A stretch of 64,000 nucleotides of DNA from Calditrichota bacterium (GTDB taxonomy: Bacteria; Zhuqueibacterota; Zhuqueibacteria; JANLFK01; Oleimicrobiaceae), in NCBI GenBank assembly GCA_014359355.1, contig JACIZP010000177.1:662-64661 (forward strand), in the 5' to 3' direction. The notes beneath the pieces were generated by a model. That model ran no database searches. It was not told where the DNA came from and worked only from the letters and a program-made list of their open reading frames with translations. Of the stretch, positions 1-8,946 are shown piece by piece. The position numbers and the translations under genes are program-made. The first letter of the stretch is position 1. The number at the start of each line of letters is the position of its first letter.

Positions 1-45
1 CCACGCGAATGTGGCCATGCGGCACAACCCTGGAGAAGCACAGTC

Positions 46-942
46 ATGAAGCTACTGAATCGTCTCATCGTCTTCTTCATGCCTGCAGTGCCCCGCTTCA
101 TTGTCAAGCAGTTTGCCAAGCCGTACATTGCCGGGCCCACGCTGGAGGATGCCATTCGCGTGACGAAGGAGCTCAACGCACAGGGGATGTGCGCCACCTT
201 GGACGTGCTCGGCGAACACATCACCCGCCGCGAGGAGGCCTCCGCTGCGGCGCAGGCCTACAAGCAGGCCTTACAGGCTATCGCCGACCACCGCTTGGAT
301 GCCAATGTCTCCCTGAAGCTCACGCAAATGGGGCTGAAGATCAATACGGACTTTTGCTATGAGACCGTAGCCGGCATCGTCGCTGAGGCCGCGCGGCACG
401 GCAATTTTGTCCGCATCGACATGGAGGACTCTTCTTGCACCTCCGACACCATCGCCATCTACCTCCGACTCCGCGAAAAGTACGACAACGTCGGCATTGT
501 GCTGCAGGCCTATCTCCGCCGCACCCTTGCGGATGCAGAGCAGCTCATCAAGCACAAAGCCAATTTCCGCCTGTGCAAAGGGATCTACGTGGAACCGCAC
601 CACCTCGCCTGGAAAGACCCGGAGATCATCAACTACAACTTTGCTTACCTGGCGGAGCTCATGCTGCGCAATGGCTGCTACGTGGGCATTGCCACACATG
701 ACGAGCGCCTGATATGGCACGCGCTGCGCATCATCCACACCCTTGGCCTGCGCAGAGACCAGTACGAGTTCCAGATGCTCTTGGGGGTCACGGAAAAGCT
801 GCGTTCGCTACTCGTCAGCGAGGGGCACCGGCTCCGGGTGTACGTGCCTTTTGGCCAGCAGTGGTACGCCTACTCGACCCGGCGCCTTAAGGAGAACCCC
901 CAGATCGCCGGTTACATTGTAAGAAGCCTGTTCCGGAGCTAA
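46..942 (+). CDS. Proline dehydrogenase family protein (PutB-like, monofunctional)
   Basis: 298-aa ORF; N-terminal 'AKPYIAGPTLEDAIRVTKELNAQGMCATLDVLGEH' and overall length typical of monofunctional bacterial proline dehydrogenases; GGAGAAG RBS ~9 nt upstream of ATG. Confidence 0.7.
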   Translation: MKLLNRLIVFFMPAVPRFIVKQFAKPYIAGPTLEDAIRVTKELNAQGMCATLDVLGEHITRREEASAAAQAYKQALQAIADHRLDANVSLKLTQMGLKINTDFCYETVAGIVAEAARHGNFVRIDMEDSSCTSDTIAIYLRLREKYDNVGIVLQAYLRRTLADAEQLIKHKANFRLCKGIYVEPHHLAWKDPEIINYNFAYLAELMLRNGCYVGIATHDERLIWHALRIIHTLGLRRDQYEFQMLLGVTEKLRSLLVSEGHRLRVYVPFGQQWYAYSTRRLKENPQIAGYIVRSLFRS

Positions 943-987
943 TTCTGAGGAACAGGACGCACCTAACCATTGAGGAGGGAAAAAGTC

Positions 988-1455
988 ATGTCCACGACCA
1001 GTCTGCGCATATTTGGCATCGCTCTCATCGTCGGAGGGCTAGTTCTCCTGTTGGCTGCTACCAAGCTGGTCAGCATGGCTGCCCTGTGGCCGCTCATCCC
1101 GCTGACCATCGGCGTGGCCATGGCCACTGCCTACTTTAGCGGGCCGCGCAGCACGCCGTTGCTCCTTAGTGGCGTCATGCTCAGCCTGGCGAGCCTACTT
1201 CTTCTCTACTGTGCCATCGCAGGCTGGGGCGCCATGGTGCAGCTGTGGCCGCTGCTGCTCGTCGCACCTGGAGGGGCCTTTCTGGCCGTCTATGCGTTCA
1301 CGCGCGAGACCAATAGCCTCTCCGTGGCGCTCATGCTCATCGTGACCGCCGCCTTGTTCATGGTCCTCAATCACCTCTTCGGCAAACTTTGGGGTGTGGT
1401 GCTGGTGCTGGTAGGTGTGCTGGTCTTTGCCCTGTCATTGGTGCGCAAGTCTTGA
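988..1455 (+). CDS. Small polytopic membrane protein, hypothetical
   Basis: Highly hydrophobic 155-aa product (several predicted TM segments); GAGGAGGG RBS 7 nt upstream of ATG at 988 (ORF track begins at upstream TTG 970). Confidence 0.45.
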   Translation: MSTTSLRIFGIALIVGGLVLLLAATKLVSMAALWPLIPLTIGVAMATAYFSGPRSTPLLLSGVMLSLASLLLLYCAIAGWGAMVQLWPLLLVAPGGAFLAVYAFTRETNSLSVALMLIVTAALFMVLNHLFGKLWGVVLVLVGVLVFALSLVRKS

Positions 1456-1520
1456 CAAGGGTTGCTACTGCTCCAGCGCACCGACTCAGAAACGGCTTTT
1501 GGAAAGGAGGCACATCCGGG

Positions 1521-1664
1521 ATGAAGAAGCGGATTGCAAAGAAGATCCTCAAGTACCGTGAGCGGCTGTGCTACACGCCAAAGCAAATCCGAAAGGCGGA
1601 AGAGAAGCTGAAAGTCGGTCAACCGATTCCTTCGACGCCGACAGAGAAGACGGCTGAAGAATGA
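1521..1664 (+). CDS. Small basic hypothetical protein (47 aa)
   Basis: MKKRIAKKILKYRERL... short lysine/arginine-rich ORF with strong AAAGGAGG RBS 9 nt upstream; below the 60-aa ORF-track cutoff from this ATG. Confidence 0.3.
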   Translation: MKKRIAKKILKYRERLCYTPKQIRKAEEKLKVGQPIPSTPTEKTAEE

Positions 1665-1740
1665 ACCGTTCACGGAGCCGGCCCGCCAGCTGCACTGCGT
1701 CCCGGCTCTACCCAACGCGCTCACAGCAGGAGCACCACCC

Positions 1741-4332
1741 ATGAACCGTCTTGTCCTGGCAGTTTGCGCCTTTCTCTTGTTCTTCAGCGTGCTCCCCGCT
1801 GCGGCGGCCGATCGCCAGTGGCAACCATTGCCCAAGTTTCCCATCATCGATGGCCCGCTGGCGCTGGAACGTGCAGTGCAACCGGGGACCTACTGCGAGG
1901 CAGTGGGGCGCAAGGCAGCCCTTCTCGGCCTTGAGGAGGGGATATTCGAGGCGTGGGCATTCCCGCTCAAGCTTCTGCACGGTCTGCAGCTGGCGGTGCT
2001 GATGGAGGGGCGGGCCTACCCATTCGATCTCGCGCGCCTGGCGCGCACCATCACCGTGCGCCCGGAGGCGGTCACGATTCGCTACTCGCACCCAGCTTTC
2101 ACGCTGCGTCAGACCCTCTTCGCCCCCTTGGAAGAGCCGGGCCTCGTGATTCTCTTGGACGTGGACACCCAGAGCCCCCTGTCGTTGCTGGTCAGCTTCT
2201 TCCCAGACCTGAATCCCATGTGGCCCGGCGGCATGGGCGGCCAGTTCTGCTATTGGGACGACCAGGAGCGGCTCTACGTGATCTCCGAGAGCCGCTTCAA
2301 GTTCTCCGGTGTGATTGGCTCGCCGTACGGCCGGCCGCAGTCGTCGCCGCCGGCGCACGAACTGGCCAGCAATCCCATGCGCTTTGAGCTTCGCGTCGAT
2401 CCTGCCGAAAGCAAGGGGCACTTTCTGCCCATCGTCATTGCCGGCAGCACCACCCCGGGGTTGAGCGAAGTGAAGGCAACCTACTGGCGGCTCCTTGAGC
2501 GCGCAGAGGAACTGCTCGCTTCTACACGGGCCCATTACGAAAGGCTGCGCCAGGAGCTATTGGTGCTCGAGCTGCCCGACAAGGAATTGGAGATGGCCTT
2601 CAATTGGGCGCGAGTGGCGCTGGACAAGGGGCTGGTGGACAATCCCCACCTCGGCCGCGGCTTGGTCGCCGGCTACGGCACCTCAGGGGTTGGGCGTCGT
2701 CCCGGCTTTGCCTGGTTTTTCGGCGGCGACGCCTTCCTGAACGCCCTGGCCATGAACGCCTACGGCGACTTTGCCACCGTGCGCCAGGCCCTCTCCTTTT
2801 TGCAGAAGTACCAACGCGCTGACGGCAAGATGATGCACGAGCTGTCACAGGCCGGCGGCCTCGTTCGCTGGTTCGAGGAGTATCCCTACGGTTACATCCA
2901 CGGGGACGTTACCCCCTTCTACATCGTGCAGATGGCAGACTACCTGCGTGCCAGTGGCGACCTCGCCTTCATGCAGGCCAGTTGGCAGTCGCTCATGAAG
3001 GCCTACCGCTGGTGCCTCGCCTGCGACGAGGACGGCGATGGACTCATGGATCATGCCAAGGCTGGTCTGGGAGCGGCCGAGCTCGGTTCGCTGCGTCAAA
3101 ACATTCGCACGGACATCTACCTGGCGGCCCTGTGGACGCAGGCGCTGGCGGAGCTCGAGTTCATCGCCCGGGCATTAGGCAAAGAAGGTGTGGCCAAGGA
3201 GGCACACGCCAGGCATTTGAAAGCGCTGCAGGCCATGCGCGCGAGCTTCCGCAACGCGAACAAGGGGCTCATCAACTTCGCCATCGCCAAGGAGGGGGGA
3301 GTCAACGACGAGGTCACCTCTTGGCCAGCGGTGTCGCTGCTCTTCGGCCACTTCCCCCCAGATGCTGCCGCACCCATGTTGGATCGCTTCGCCTCGTCCG
3401 AACTGAGCACCGATTGGGGAACCCGAATGCTTTCCAATCGAAGCACCGCCTACGATCCCCTCAGCTACAACAATGGCGGGGTGTGGCCCTTTCTCACGGG
3501 CCTCGTGGCCCTCGCAGAATATCGCTACGCGCGCCCAGTGTCCGGATTTTTGCACTTGATGGACACCGTCCACCTGACTACTGCCGATGCCTTGGGCTAC
3601 CACACGGAGCTCCTTTCCGGCGACCGCTATCGCGCCTTGGACACCTCGGTGCCCCACCAGCTTTTCGGCTCTTCGCAGTTTGTACACGCGCTTGTGCGCG
3701 GCCTGGTAGGCCTCCGGGGCGATGTCCTTACGCGCAGTGTCGAGTTCAGTCCACAGCCGCCGTGCACCTGGGACCGGTTTGCGGTGCGCAACTACCGACT
3801 CGGCGATGATGTGTTCGCCTTTCAATACACCCGCACGCCCGGGCACGTGCGCTTGGAGTGCGAACACCAGGGGAAAGGCGGCTACGACCTCACCTGTGCC
3901 CCCTTCCTGCCCGTCGGCTCCATCGTGCACCAGGTGCGCGTGGATGGCAATCCCGCGCGATTTGTCGTAAGCGACTCCCTCGGCCTGGTGCGCTGCGCGG
4001 TCTCGCTCCGTCTGGCTACTTCCGCAGTGGTGGAAATCGACTATACGGCGGGGTTGAGCATTGCCCCGCCTGTGACATCACCGCGCATCGGCGACCCCCC
4101 GCAGGGACTGAAGGTCATCCGGCACTCGGCCGAGGATGGATGGCACACCATCGTCCTGGAAGGACGCGCCGGGCAAGACTACGAGCTTTCCCTGCACACG
4201 GAGCGCCCGGTGCTTGAGGCACAAGGGGGCGAGGTTGTGCAAAGAGACCGAGACTTCTACCTCGCAAAGCTCTCCTTCACCGGCGAAGGCGACGCATACG
4301 TCCGCCAGGTGCTCAAGCTACGTCTGCAGTGA
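1741..4332 (+). CDS. Six-hairpin glycoside hydrolase (amylo-alpha-1,6-glucosidase/GDE_C-like) with N-terminal signal peptide
   Basis: 863 aa; N-terminal signal peptide (LLFFSVLPAAAA); central 'GRRPGFAWFFGGDAFLNALAMNAYGDFATVRQAL...DGKMMHE' block resembles (alpha/alpha)6-barrel glycosidases of the glycogen-debranching/GH63-like clan; exact family not determinable by eye. Confidence 0.5.
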   Translation: MNRLVLAVCAFLLFFSVLPAAAADRQWQPLPKFPIIDGPLALERAVQPGTYCEAVGRKAALLGLEEGIFEAWAFPLKLLHGLQLAVLMEGRAYPFDLARLARTITVRPEAVTIRYSHPAFTLRQTLFAPLEEPGLVILLDVDTQSPLSLLVSFFPDLNPMWPGGMGGQFCYWDDQERLYVISESRFKFSGVIGSPYGRPQSSPPAHELASNPMRFELRVDPAESKGHFLPIVIAGSTTPGLSEVKATYWRLLERAEELLASTRAHYERLRQELLVLELPDKELEMAFNWARVALDKGLVDNPHLGRGLVAGYGTSGVGRRPGFAWFFGGDAFLNALAMNAYGDFATVRQALSFLQKYQRADGKMMHELSQAGGLVRWFEEYPYGYIHGDVTPFYIVQMADYLRASGDLAFMQASWQSLMKAYRWCLACDEDGDGLMDHAKAGLGAAELGSLRQNIRTDIYLAALWTQALAELEFIARALGKEGVAKEAHARHLKALQAMRASFRNANKGLINFAIAKEGGVNDEVTSWPAVSLLFGHFPPDAAAPMLDRFASSELSTDWGTRMLSNRSTAYDPLSYNNGGVWPFLTGLVALAEYRYARPVSGFLHLMDTVHLTTADALGYHTELLSGDRYRALDTSVPHQLFGSSQFVHALVRGLVGLRGDVLTRSVEFSPQPPCTWDRFAVRNYRLGDDVFAFQYTRTPGHVRLECEHQGKGGYDLTCAPFLPVGSIVHQVRVDGNPARFVVSDSLGLVRCAVSLRLATSAVVEIDYTAGLSIAPPVTSPRIGDPPQGLKVIRHSAEDGWHTIVLEGRAGQDYELSLHTERPVLEAQGGEVVQRDRDFYLAKLSFTGEGDAYVRQVLKLRLQ

Positions 4333-4353
4333 GAAAGGAGTTGAGGGGCGCAT

Positions 4354-4929
4354 ATGACAGAAAAGCGCGTGACCACTACCTTAGAGCACTTTCTGTACTT
4401 CTACCCCAAGAATGTAACCTTGGTGGGAGTCCGCCACGGCGAGCGTACGAACTTTATGGCGGCGGCCTGGAACACCGCCCTGTCGTTCAATCCGCCGCTA
4501 TTCGCCGTGGCAATTACCAAGAAGAGGTTCACGCACAACCTCATCGCCCAGGCGGGCAACTTTACCTGCAACTTCCTCCCTAACGAAAAGGCCGATATTG
4601 TGCATTCCTGCGGCCGGGTATCTGGCGCAGAGGTGGACAAGGTGGCGCGTTTCGGTCTCAAGCTGGAGCCCTCCCACCTCATCTCGTCCCCGGGCCTGGA
4701 GGATGCCTACGCCATCTTGGAGTGCACCTTAGAAAGCATTGCTACTTTCGGTGACCATGACCTCATCGTGGGGAAGGTAGTTGCGGTCCACTACCAGGAA
4801 GAGTTCTTTGACGAAAACGGGGCTCTGCGGCCCGAGCGGGTGAAGCCCACCCTTTATCTGGGCTCCGACACCTATGTGACCACCGACGCGGCCTCCATAG
4901 TGCGGCGGCCACGTAAGCCGACGCTGTAG
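4354..4929 (+). CDS. Flavin reductase-like FMN-binding protein
   Basis: 191 aa; 'VTLVGVRHGERTNFMAAAWNTALSFNPPLFAVAI' is the flavin-reductase-like split-barrel signature; 20 nt downstream of the glycosidase (likely co-transcribed); AAAGGAG RBS. Confidence 0.7.
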   Translation: MTEKRVTTTLEHFLYFYPKNVTLVGVRHGERTNFMAAAWNTALSFNPPLFAVAITKKRFTHNLIAQAGNFTCNFLPNEKADIVHSCGRVSGAEVDKVARFGLKLEPSHLISSPGLEDAYAILECTLESIATFGDHDLIVGKVVAVHYQEEFFDENGALRPERVKPTLYLGSDTYVTTDAASIVRRPRKPTL

Positions 4930-5047
4930 CCGAGCCTTTCGGTCCGGAAAAAGGAAAGCGCCACGGTGCCAGGCGACGCGCGTGGTGCGCAGCGAAAATG
5001 TGCTGCCCATGAGGCAAGGCGGCGCGGCGCACTCCAGGGGCGACGTG

Positions 5048-6085
5048 CTACCTCAGGGCCGGCCCGTGGATGCGTACGCTTCCTGGCTCCCCTTCTTGCC
5101 CGGCCACCTCAATGACCACCGGCAAGAACGAGCGCACCACCTCAATGTTGGTGAGAAGATGGCGCGTAAGCCGAGCCACGCGCAGCTCGGAAGACCCATC
5201 CGCCAGAAGCAGGGGGATGACCAGCTGGTCGGCGACATACTCATCCACCGCGGCATCAGTGGCCAAGAAGCGCTGCAGCTGGTCCACTGCCTCGTCTGCT
5301 ACCCGCTCGGCAGGCTTGCCACGTTCGCCCAAGGCGTAGTAGCAGCACTGCGAGTGGGCAAAGTCTGCCAGCAGGAACAAGAAAGTGCCCGGAGAGCGAG
5401 CAGGGAGGGAAAGCAGCTCGATCTCCGCCTCGACGCCCATAGCTGCCAGGCGGCGCAGAGCCTGACGCCGCTGTCGCTCAGCGATGCTCATATCCAGCCT
5501 GGCCACTGCGGAGAGCCCGGTGACCTTGCGAAGTTCTCCTCGCTCTGTGCGCACCAGAGGCCTCAGCGGCCCTGCCGGTTCCACGGTCATGCGGATAACT
5601 CCGCCGCCCTCGGGATAGAACCCGGCGCGCTCCAGCTCCATGGAGATGCGGAAGCCCGCCTGGGCCAGGAGGGGAAGCCAGTGCAACTGCAGGAAGTGGA
5701 AACAAGGGCTCCATGGCACGTGCGTGCCGCCGGTGATGGTGAGCGCCGAGGCTGCCGCACAACGGGACAAGGGCACGGCCACGGTCTGGGCCACCAGGGA
5801 GGTGGACCCGGCCGTGCCAATGTCGAAGCGGTAGGTGCCCGGGGTTACGACACCCGGTGCAAAGCGCAAGGTAGTAGAGCCTAAGGCTGCGCCCTGCACC
5901 TGTGCCTGGCCAACGGACGCTGCTGCTTCGATGGCTTTGAGATGTTGCGCCATGAGACCCGGCTTTGGGCGCCGAGCCCGAATGTTTTGGATCTGGAAGC
6001 TCTTGCCGGTCAGTAGGGAGAGCGTCAGAGCGCTGCGCAGGACCTGACCCCCTCCCTCACCCATGGACCCGTCGAGCACAACCAT
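5048..6085 (-). CDS. rtcA: RNA 3'-terminal phosphate cyclase
   Basis: 345 aa; N-terminus 'LDGSMGEGGGQVLRSALTLSLLTGKSFQIQNIRARRPKPGL' matches the RtcA family hallmark (GEGGGQ...IRA.R..PGL). Confidence 0.85.
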   Translation of the reverse strand: MVVLDGSMGEGGGQVLRSALTLSLLTGKSFQIQNIRARRPKPGLMAQHLKAIEAAASVGQAQVQGAALGSTTLRFAPGVVTPGTYRFDIGTAGSTSLVAQTVAVPLSRCAAASALTITGGTHVPWSPCFHFLQLHWLPLLAQAGFRISMELERAGFYPEGGGVIRMTVEPAGPLRPLVRTERGELRKVTGLSAVARLDMSIAERQRRQALRRLAAMGVEAEIELLSLPARSPGTFLFLLADFAHSQCCYYALGERGKPAERVADEAVDQLQRFLATDAAVDEYVADQLVIPLLLADGSSELRVARLTRHLLTNIEVVRSFLPVVIEVAGQEGEPGSVRIHGPALR

Positions 6086-6110
6086 GTGCGCTGACCTCTA
6101 CGTTCAAATC

Positions 6111-6704
6111 CTAACGGAGAAGCTCACTGAGAAGCCACAGTTGCCCGAACGTGAGGAGCAGGCCCCCACAGGCGCCGGCCACCACTTGGGCCAGCGTGTG
6201 TGCCCGCAACCGCAGCCGCGCCCAGCAGACTACCGGCAGCAGAACGTAGGCGGGGAGCATCGCCGCCCCAAAGCCATAGGTGAGGCCCGCCAGCGCCCCT
6301 GCCGCACCCATGGCGTGGGCGCTCATCTTCCAGCGGAGATTTATCAGCGTGATGAGCAGCGTATTTGTGGCGTAGCACCACATCAGACCCCAGACAGAGA
6401 ACGGCGCCCCGATGACAAGGAGGAGCGCCAGACCAACGGTGTAACAGAGCACGGCGATCAGATAAGGCCGGGTGCGCTGCTCACGGATGGGCACGTGTTT
6501 GTCGCTCACTCGCTTTTCCCGCTCCAATTTGAGCACATACGCTGCGGGCAAAATCGAGCCGGTGACCCAACAGATGGCGGTGGTCACCAGCCCCCGCAGC
6601 AAGGAGGTTTCGTCGTGGATGGACAAAGCAAGAAAGGCCACCGCCGAGAGCACGGTGGGCACCGTCACGTTGGAAATCACCTGCGCGATCCGTTCCACTG
6701 TCAT
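6111..6704 (-). CDS. PAP2-superfamily membrane protein (phosphatidic acid phosphatase-like), hypothetical
   Basis: Start placed at internal ATG (MTVERIAQ...) rather than the long N-terminal extension of the ORF track, which overlaps the divergent TrmH-family gene; multiple TM segments and 'KMSAHAMGAAGA' (S-x-H PAP2-like motif). Confidence 0.45.
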   Translation of the reverse strand: MTVERIAQVISNVTVPTVLSAVAFLALSIHDETSLLRGLVTTAICWVTGSILPAAYVLKLEREKRVSDKHVPIREQRTRPYLIAVLCYTVGLALLLVIGAPFSVWGLMWCYATNTLLITLINLRWKMSAHAMGAAGALAGLTYGFGAAMLPAYVLLPVVCWARLRLRAHTLAQVVAGACGGLLLTFGQLWLLSELLR

Positions 6705-6808
6705 CACCTGTTCTCTTCCCGTTCTGTGCGCCGCGCAAAACACTACAAATTTCCGCCCACTTTTGCAAGGGAAAAGTCGCCAGGCCTCGGCGTTGCCGGA
6801 GCGTGCAC

Positions 6809-7345
6809 ATGCGCAAGTTGAGCCCTCTTGAACTTTCCCGCCTCCGGCCGTCGCCTGCCGAGTTGCGCCAGCGCCCACGTAGGCCCATCTACGCGCTGGC
6901 TGACAATGTACGCAGCATGCACAACATCGGCGCGATGTTTCGCACTGCAGACGGCGCAGGTCTGGCCAAGCTCTTCCTTTGCGGCATCTCGGCCTGTCCG
7001 CCACGGCCGGAAATCCGCAAGACCAGCCTCGGCGCAGAGGAGGCAGTGCCCTGGGAGTACGTGCCCAGCGCGGTCCAGGCGGTGCGTCGTCTCAAGGCCG
7101 AAGGCGTGCAGATCGTCATTCTGGAGCACACCGATTGCAGCCACGACTTCCGCGTGGCGCCCTATCGCTTCCCGCTTTGCCTGGTGGTGGGGCACGAACA
7201 CCACGGAGTGTCTGACGAGGTGGTCGCTTTGGCTGACCTGGCGGTCGAAATCCCTATGGCAGGAGTAAAGGAGTCGCTCAATGTGAGTGTGGCCTTTGGC
7301 ATAGCCGTGTATGAGATCGTACGCCACTTCGATGCTCAGCGCTGA
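6809..7345 (+). CDS. TrmH/SpoU-family RNA 2'-O-methyltransferase
   Basis: 'IYALADNVRSMHNIGAMFRTADGAG' (motif 1) and C-terminal 'ESLNVSVAFGIAVYEI' (SPOUT motif 3); GGAG RBS 8 nt upstream of ATG 6809. Confidence 0.8.
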   Translation: MRKLSPLELSRLRPSPAELRQRPRRPIYALADNVRSMHNIGAMFRTADGAGLAKLFLCGISACPPRPEIRKTSLGAEEAVPWEYVPSAVQAVRRLKAEGVQIVILEHTDCSHDFRVAPYRFPLCLVVGHEHHGVSDEVVALADLAVEIPMAGVKESLNVSVAFGIAVYEIVRHFDAQR

Positions 7346-7450
7346 GAGGTGCTGGCTTGAGTGGCAGCGAAGCAGCGAAAAGCTGAGTCTGGGTTATTGA
7401 AGGGGGAGCCGGGTATCTTGCCGCACCTCGCACAGCAAAGAGGACCAGGC

Positions 7451-7621
7451 AATGAAGGCCTTTGTGACAAGGGGGGCGATCTACATCGGCATCAGTGCAG
7501 TGGGGCTCGTCTACCAGTTCGTCTTCGCCGAACAGCCGCAGGCGCTGCCCGTGTTCGTCTTCTGCGCCCTGCTGGGCATCGGCCTGTACTGCCTCCTCGC
7601 CTTGGGCAAATGGCGACCGTG
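7451..7621 (+). CDS. Small membrane protein (56 aa), hypothetical
   Basis: MKAFVTRGAIYIGISAVGLVYQFVFAEQPQALPVFVFCALLGIGLYCLLALGKWRP, two hydrophobic helices; GAGGA ~9 nt upstream; not in ORF track (<60 aa). Confidence 0.25.
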
Positions 7622-7776
7622 AGGAGCCGGCGATGGAGGTTCCGCTACTCAGGAACCCCCGCGGCGACGCGCCACTGTGCCCCCGCTTCTCCCCACGCCC
7701 TGCACAGGCCGAAACGCACACGCCTCGGCCGCACTGAGGACCTGGCCTCCTCGCGCGTAGGCTCCCCCTCGTCGCT

Positions 7777-7815
7777 CAAAAACAAAGCGCCCATCGACCG
7801 CAGGCCGACGGGCGC
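7777..7815 (-). terminator. Rho-independent terminator downstream of the PorV-like gene
   Basis: On minus strand: 13-bp stem (GGCGCCCGTCGGCC/GGTCGATGGGCGC, two G-U pairs), 3-nt loop, followed by TTTGTTTTTG; located 22 nt after the stop of the 7837..8883 gene. Confidence 0.6.
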
Positions 7816-7836
7816 CTGTCAGGTCATCCGTGGAAT

Positions 7837-8883
7837 TCAGAACTTGAGGGTAATGCTAAGTTGCTGCGTGTTGCCCAGTATCTGGTAGTCCGTGTAGGCA
7901 TAGTCCAAAGTCAGGTCCAACCCAGCCACCGCATAGTGCAAGCCGACACCTGCTGCATAACTGGAGGTGTTGTAGGTCTCGTACTCATCGTGCGCCAGCA
8001 CCACACCACGGTAGCCGCCTCGCAAGGCGATGATGTTGTTCCACACGTACTCCACGCCAAAGTTAGACCGCAAGAGCGAGTCGTTGGTATCGGTCGCATC
8101 GGCATAGACGGTGACCTCATTGGACTCACTCTTAGCCAGTTGGCCGTCTACTCCCACCAGACTGGAGGAGATGCCCATGCGGAAGATCATGGGCAGGGGC
8201 CAAACCTCGGTGCTCAGGTCAGCATAACGCGTAGGGTTGCCGGTGTACTCTGGCCAACGCGTGTGGCTGACACGCAGGTCTGGGCCGGAAAGCCGCATAT
8301 TGCCCCCGAAATTGGAAAGACTCATGGCCAATTTCATCCCCAGCAGTCCGGTGTCCAGGAGCGAGCCGAGGTCGACCGCGATCGTGCGCGCCTTCTCCCG
8401 GTAAATCCCCTCCTGGATGAACTTGGCGGTGATGCCCAAGCTCAAGCGATCCGTCATGTAGCGCGCAAAGGTCAGCCCCACGGCGTAGTTACTCAGGCTG
8501 TAGAACGCGCCGGTTCCCTGCGGCATGTCCACTGTGGTGATTTCGATGTCGTCGGAGGTCATGTAGGTGATGCCCACGCCGACGGTGCTCCCTGCACCCA
8601 GTGGATAGGCCAGCCCCAAGAAGTTGTGCGACAGGCCCGCATACATCGAGGAGTAGGAGAAAAAAGCGGACAAGCGGTCCACTGCCGCCACGGCCGCCGG
8701 GTTCCAGTACAAGCCGGTAATTCCCGGCGCTGCCGTACCCGACTCACCGAGCGCTGCCGCCCGGGCGCCGACCCCCACCTTGAGGAACTGCGCGGCGCAG
8801 GTGCCCACGCGTGAGTTCTCCTGTGCCCACGAGGTCAGCACCCAGACCGTCGCGACCAGAAGCACTATGGTTAACTTTCTCAT
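7837..8883 (-). CDS. Outer-membrane beta-barrel protein, PorV/FadL-like (candidate T9SS shuttle protein)
   Basis: 348 aa; signal peptide (VATVWVLTSWAQE); 'GARAAALGESGTAAPGITGLYWNPAAVA' matches the G-x-R-A-x-A-x-G-x-A...NPA motif of FadL/PorV-family barrels; alternating beta-strand pattern to C-terminal F; AAGGAGG RBS. Confidence 0.45.
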   Translation of the reverse strand: MRKLTIVLLVATVWVLTSWAQENSRVGTCAAQFLKVGVGARAAALGESGTAAPGITGLYWNPAAVAAVDRLSAFFSYSSMYAGLSHNFLGLAYPLGAGSTVGVGITYMTSDDIEITTVDMPQGTGAFYSLSNYAVGLTFARYMTDRLSLGITAKFIQEGIYREKARTIAVDLGSLLDTGLLGMKLAMSLSNFGGNMRLSGPDLRVSHTRWPEYTGNPTRYADLSTEVWPLPMIFRMGISSSLVGVDGQLAKSESNEVTVYADATDTNDSLLRSNFGVEYVWNNIIALRGGYRGVVLAHDEYETYNTSSYAAGVGLHYAVAGLDLTLDYAYTDYQILGNTQQLSITLKF

Positions 8884-8946
8884 GATTGGCTCCTTCCGCT
8901 TTCATCCAGTGGCGTGACTGCCACCCTGATGACTTCCGGACCAGAA

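Noticed and set aside
6704-7004. N-terminal 100-aa extension of the 6111..7004 ORF
   Set aside because: Cys/Arg-rich extension overlaps the divergent TrmH-family gene; the internal ATG at 6704 gives a compact membrane protein
7621-7740. Hairpin GGTTCC-N8-GGAACC in the 7.3-7.8 kb intergenic region
   Set aside because: Short stem with no U-tract or flanking conservation; not enough to call an RNA element
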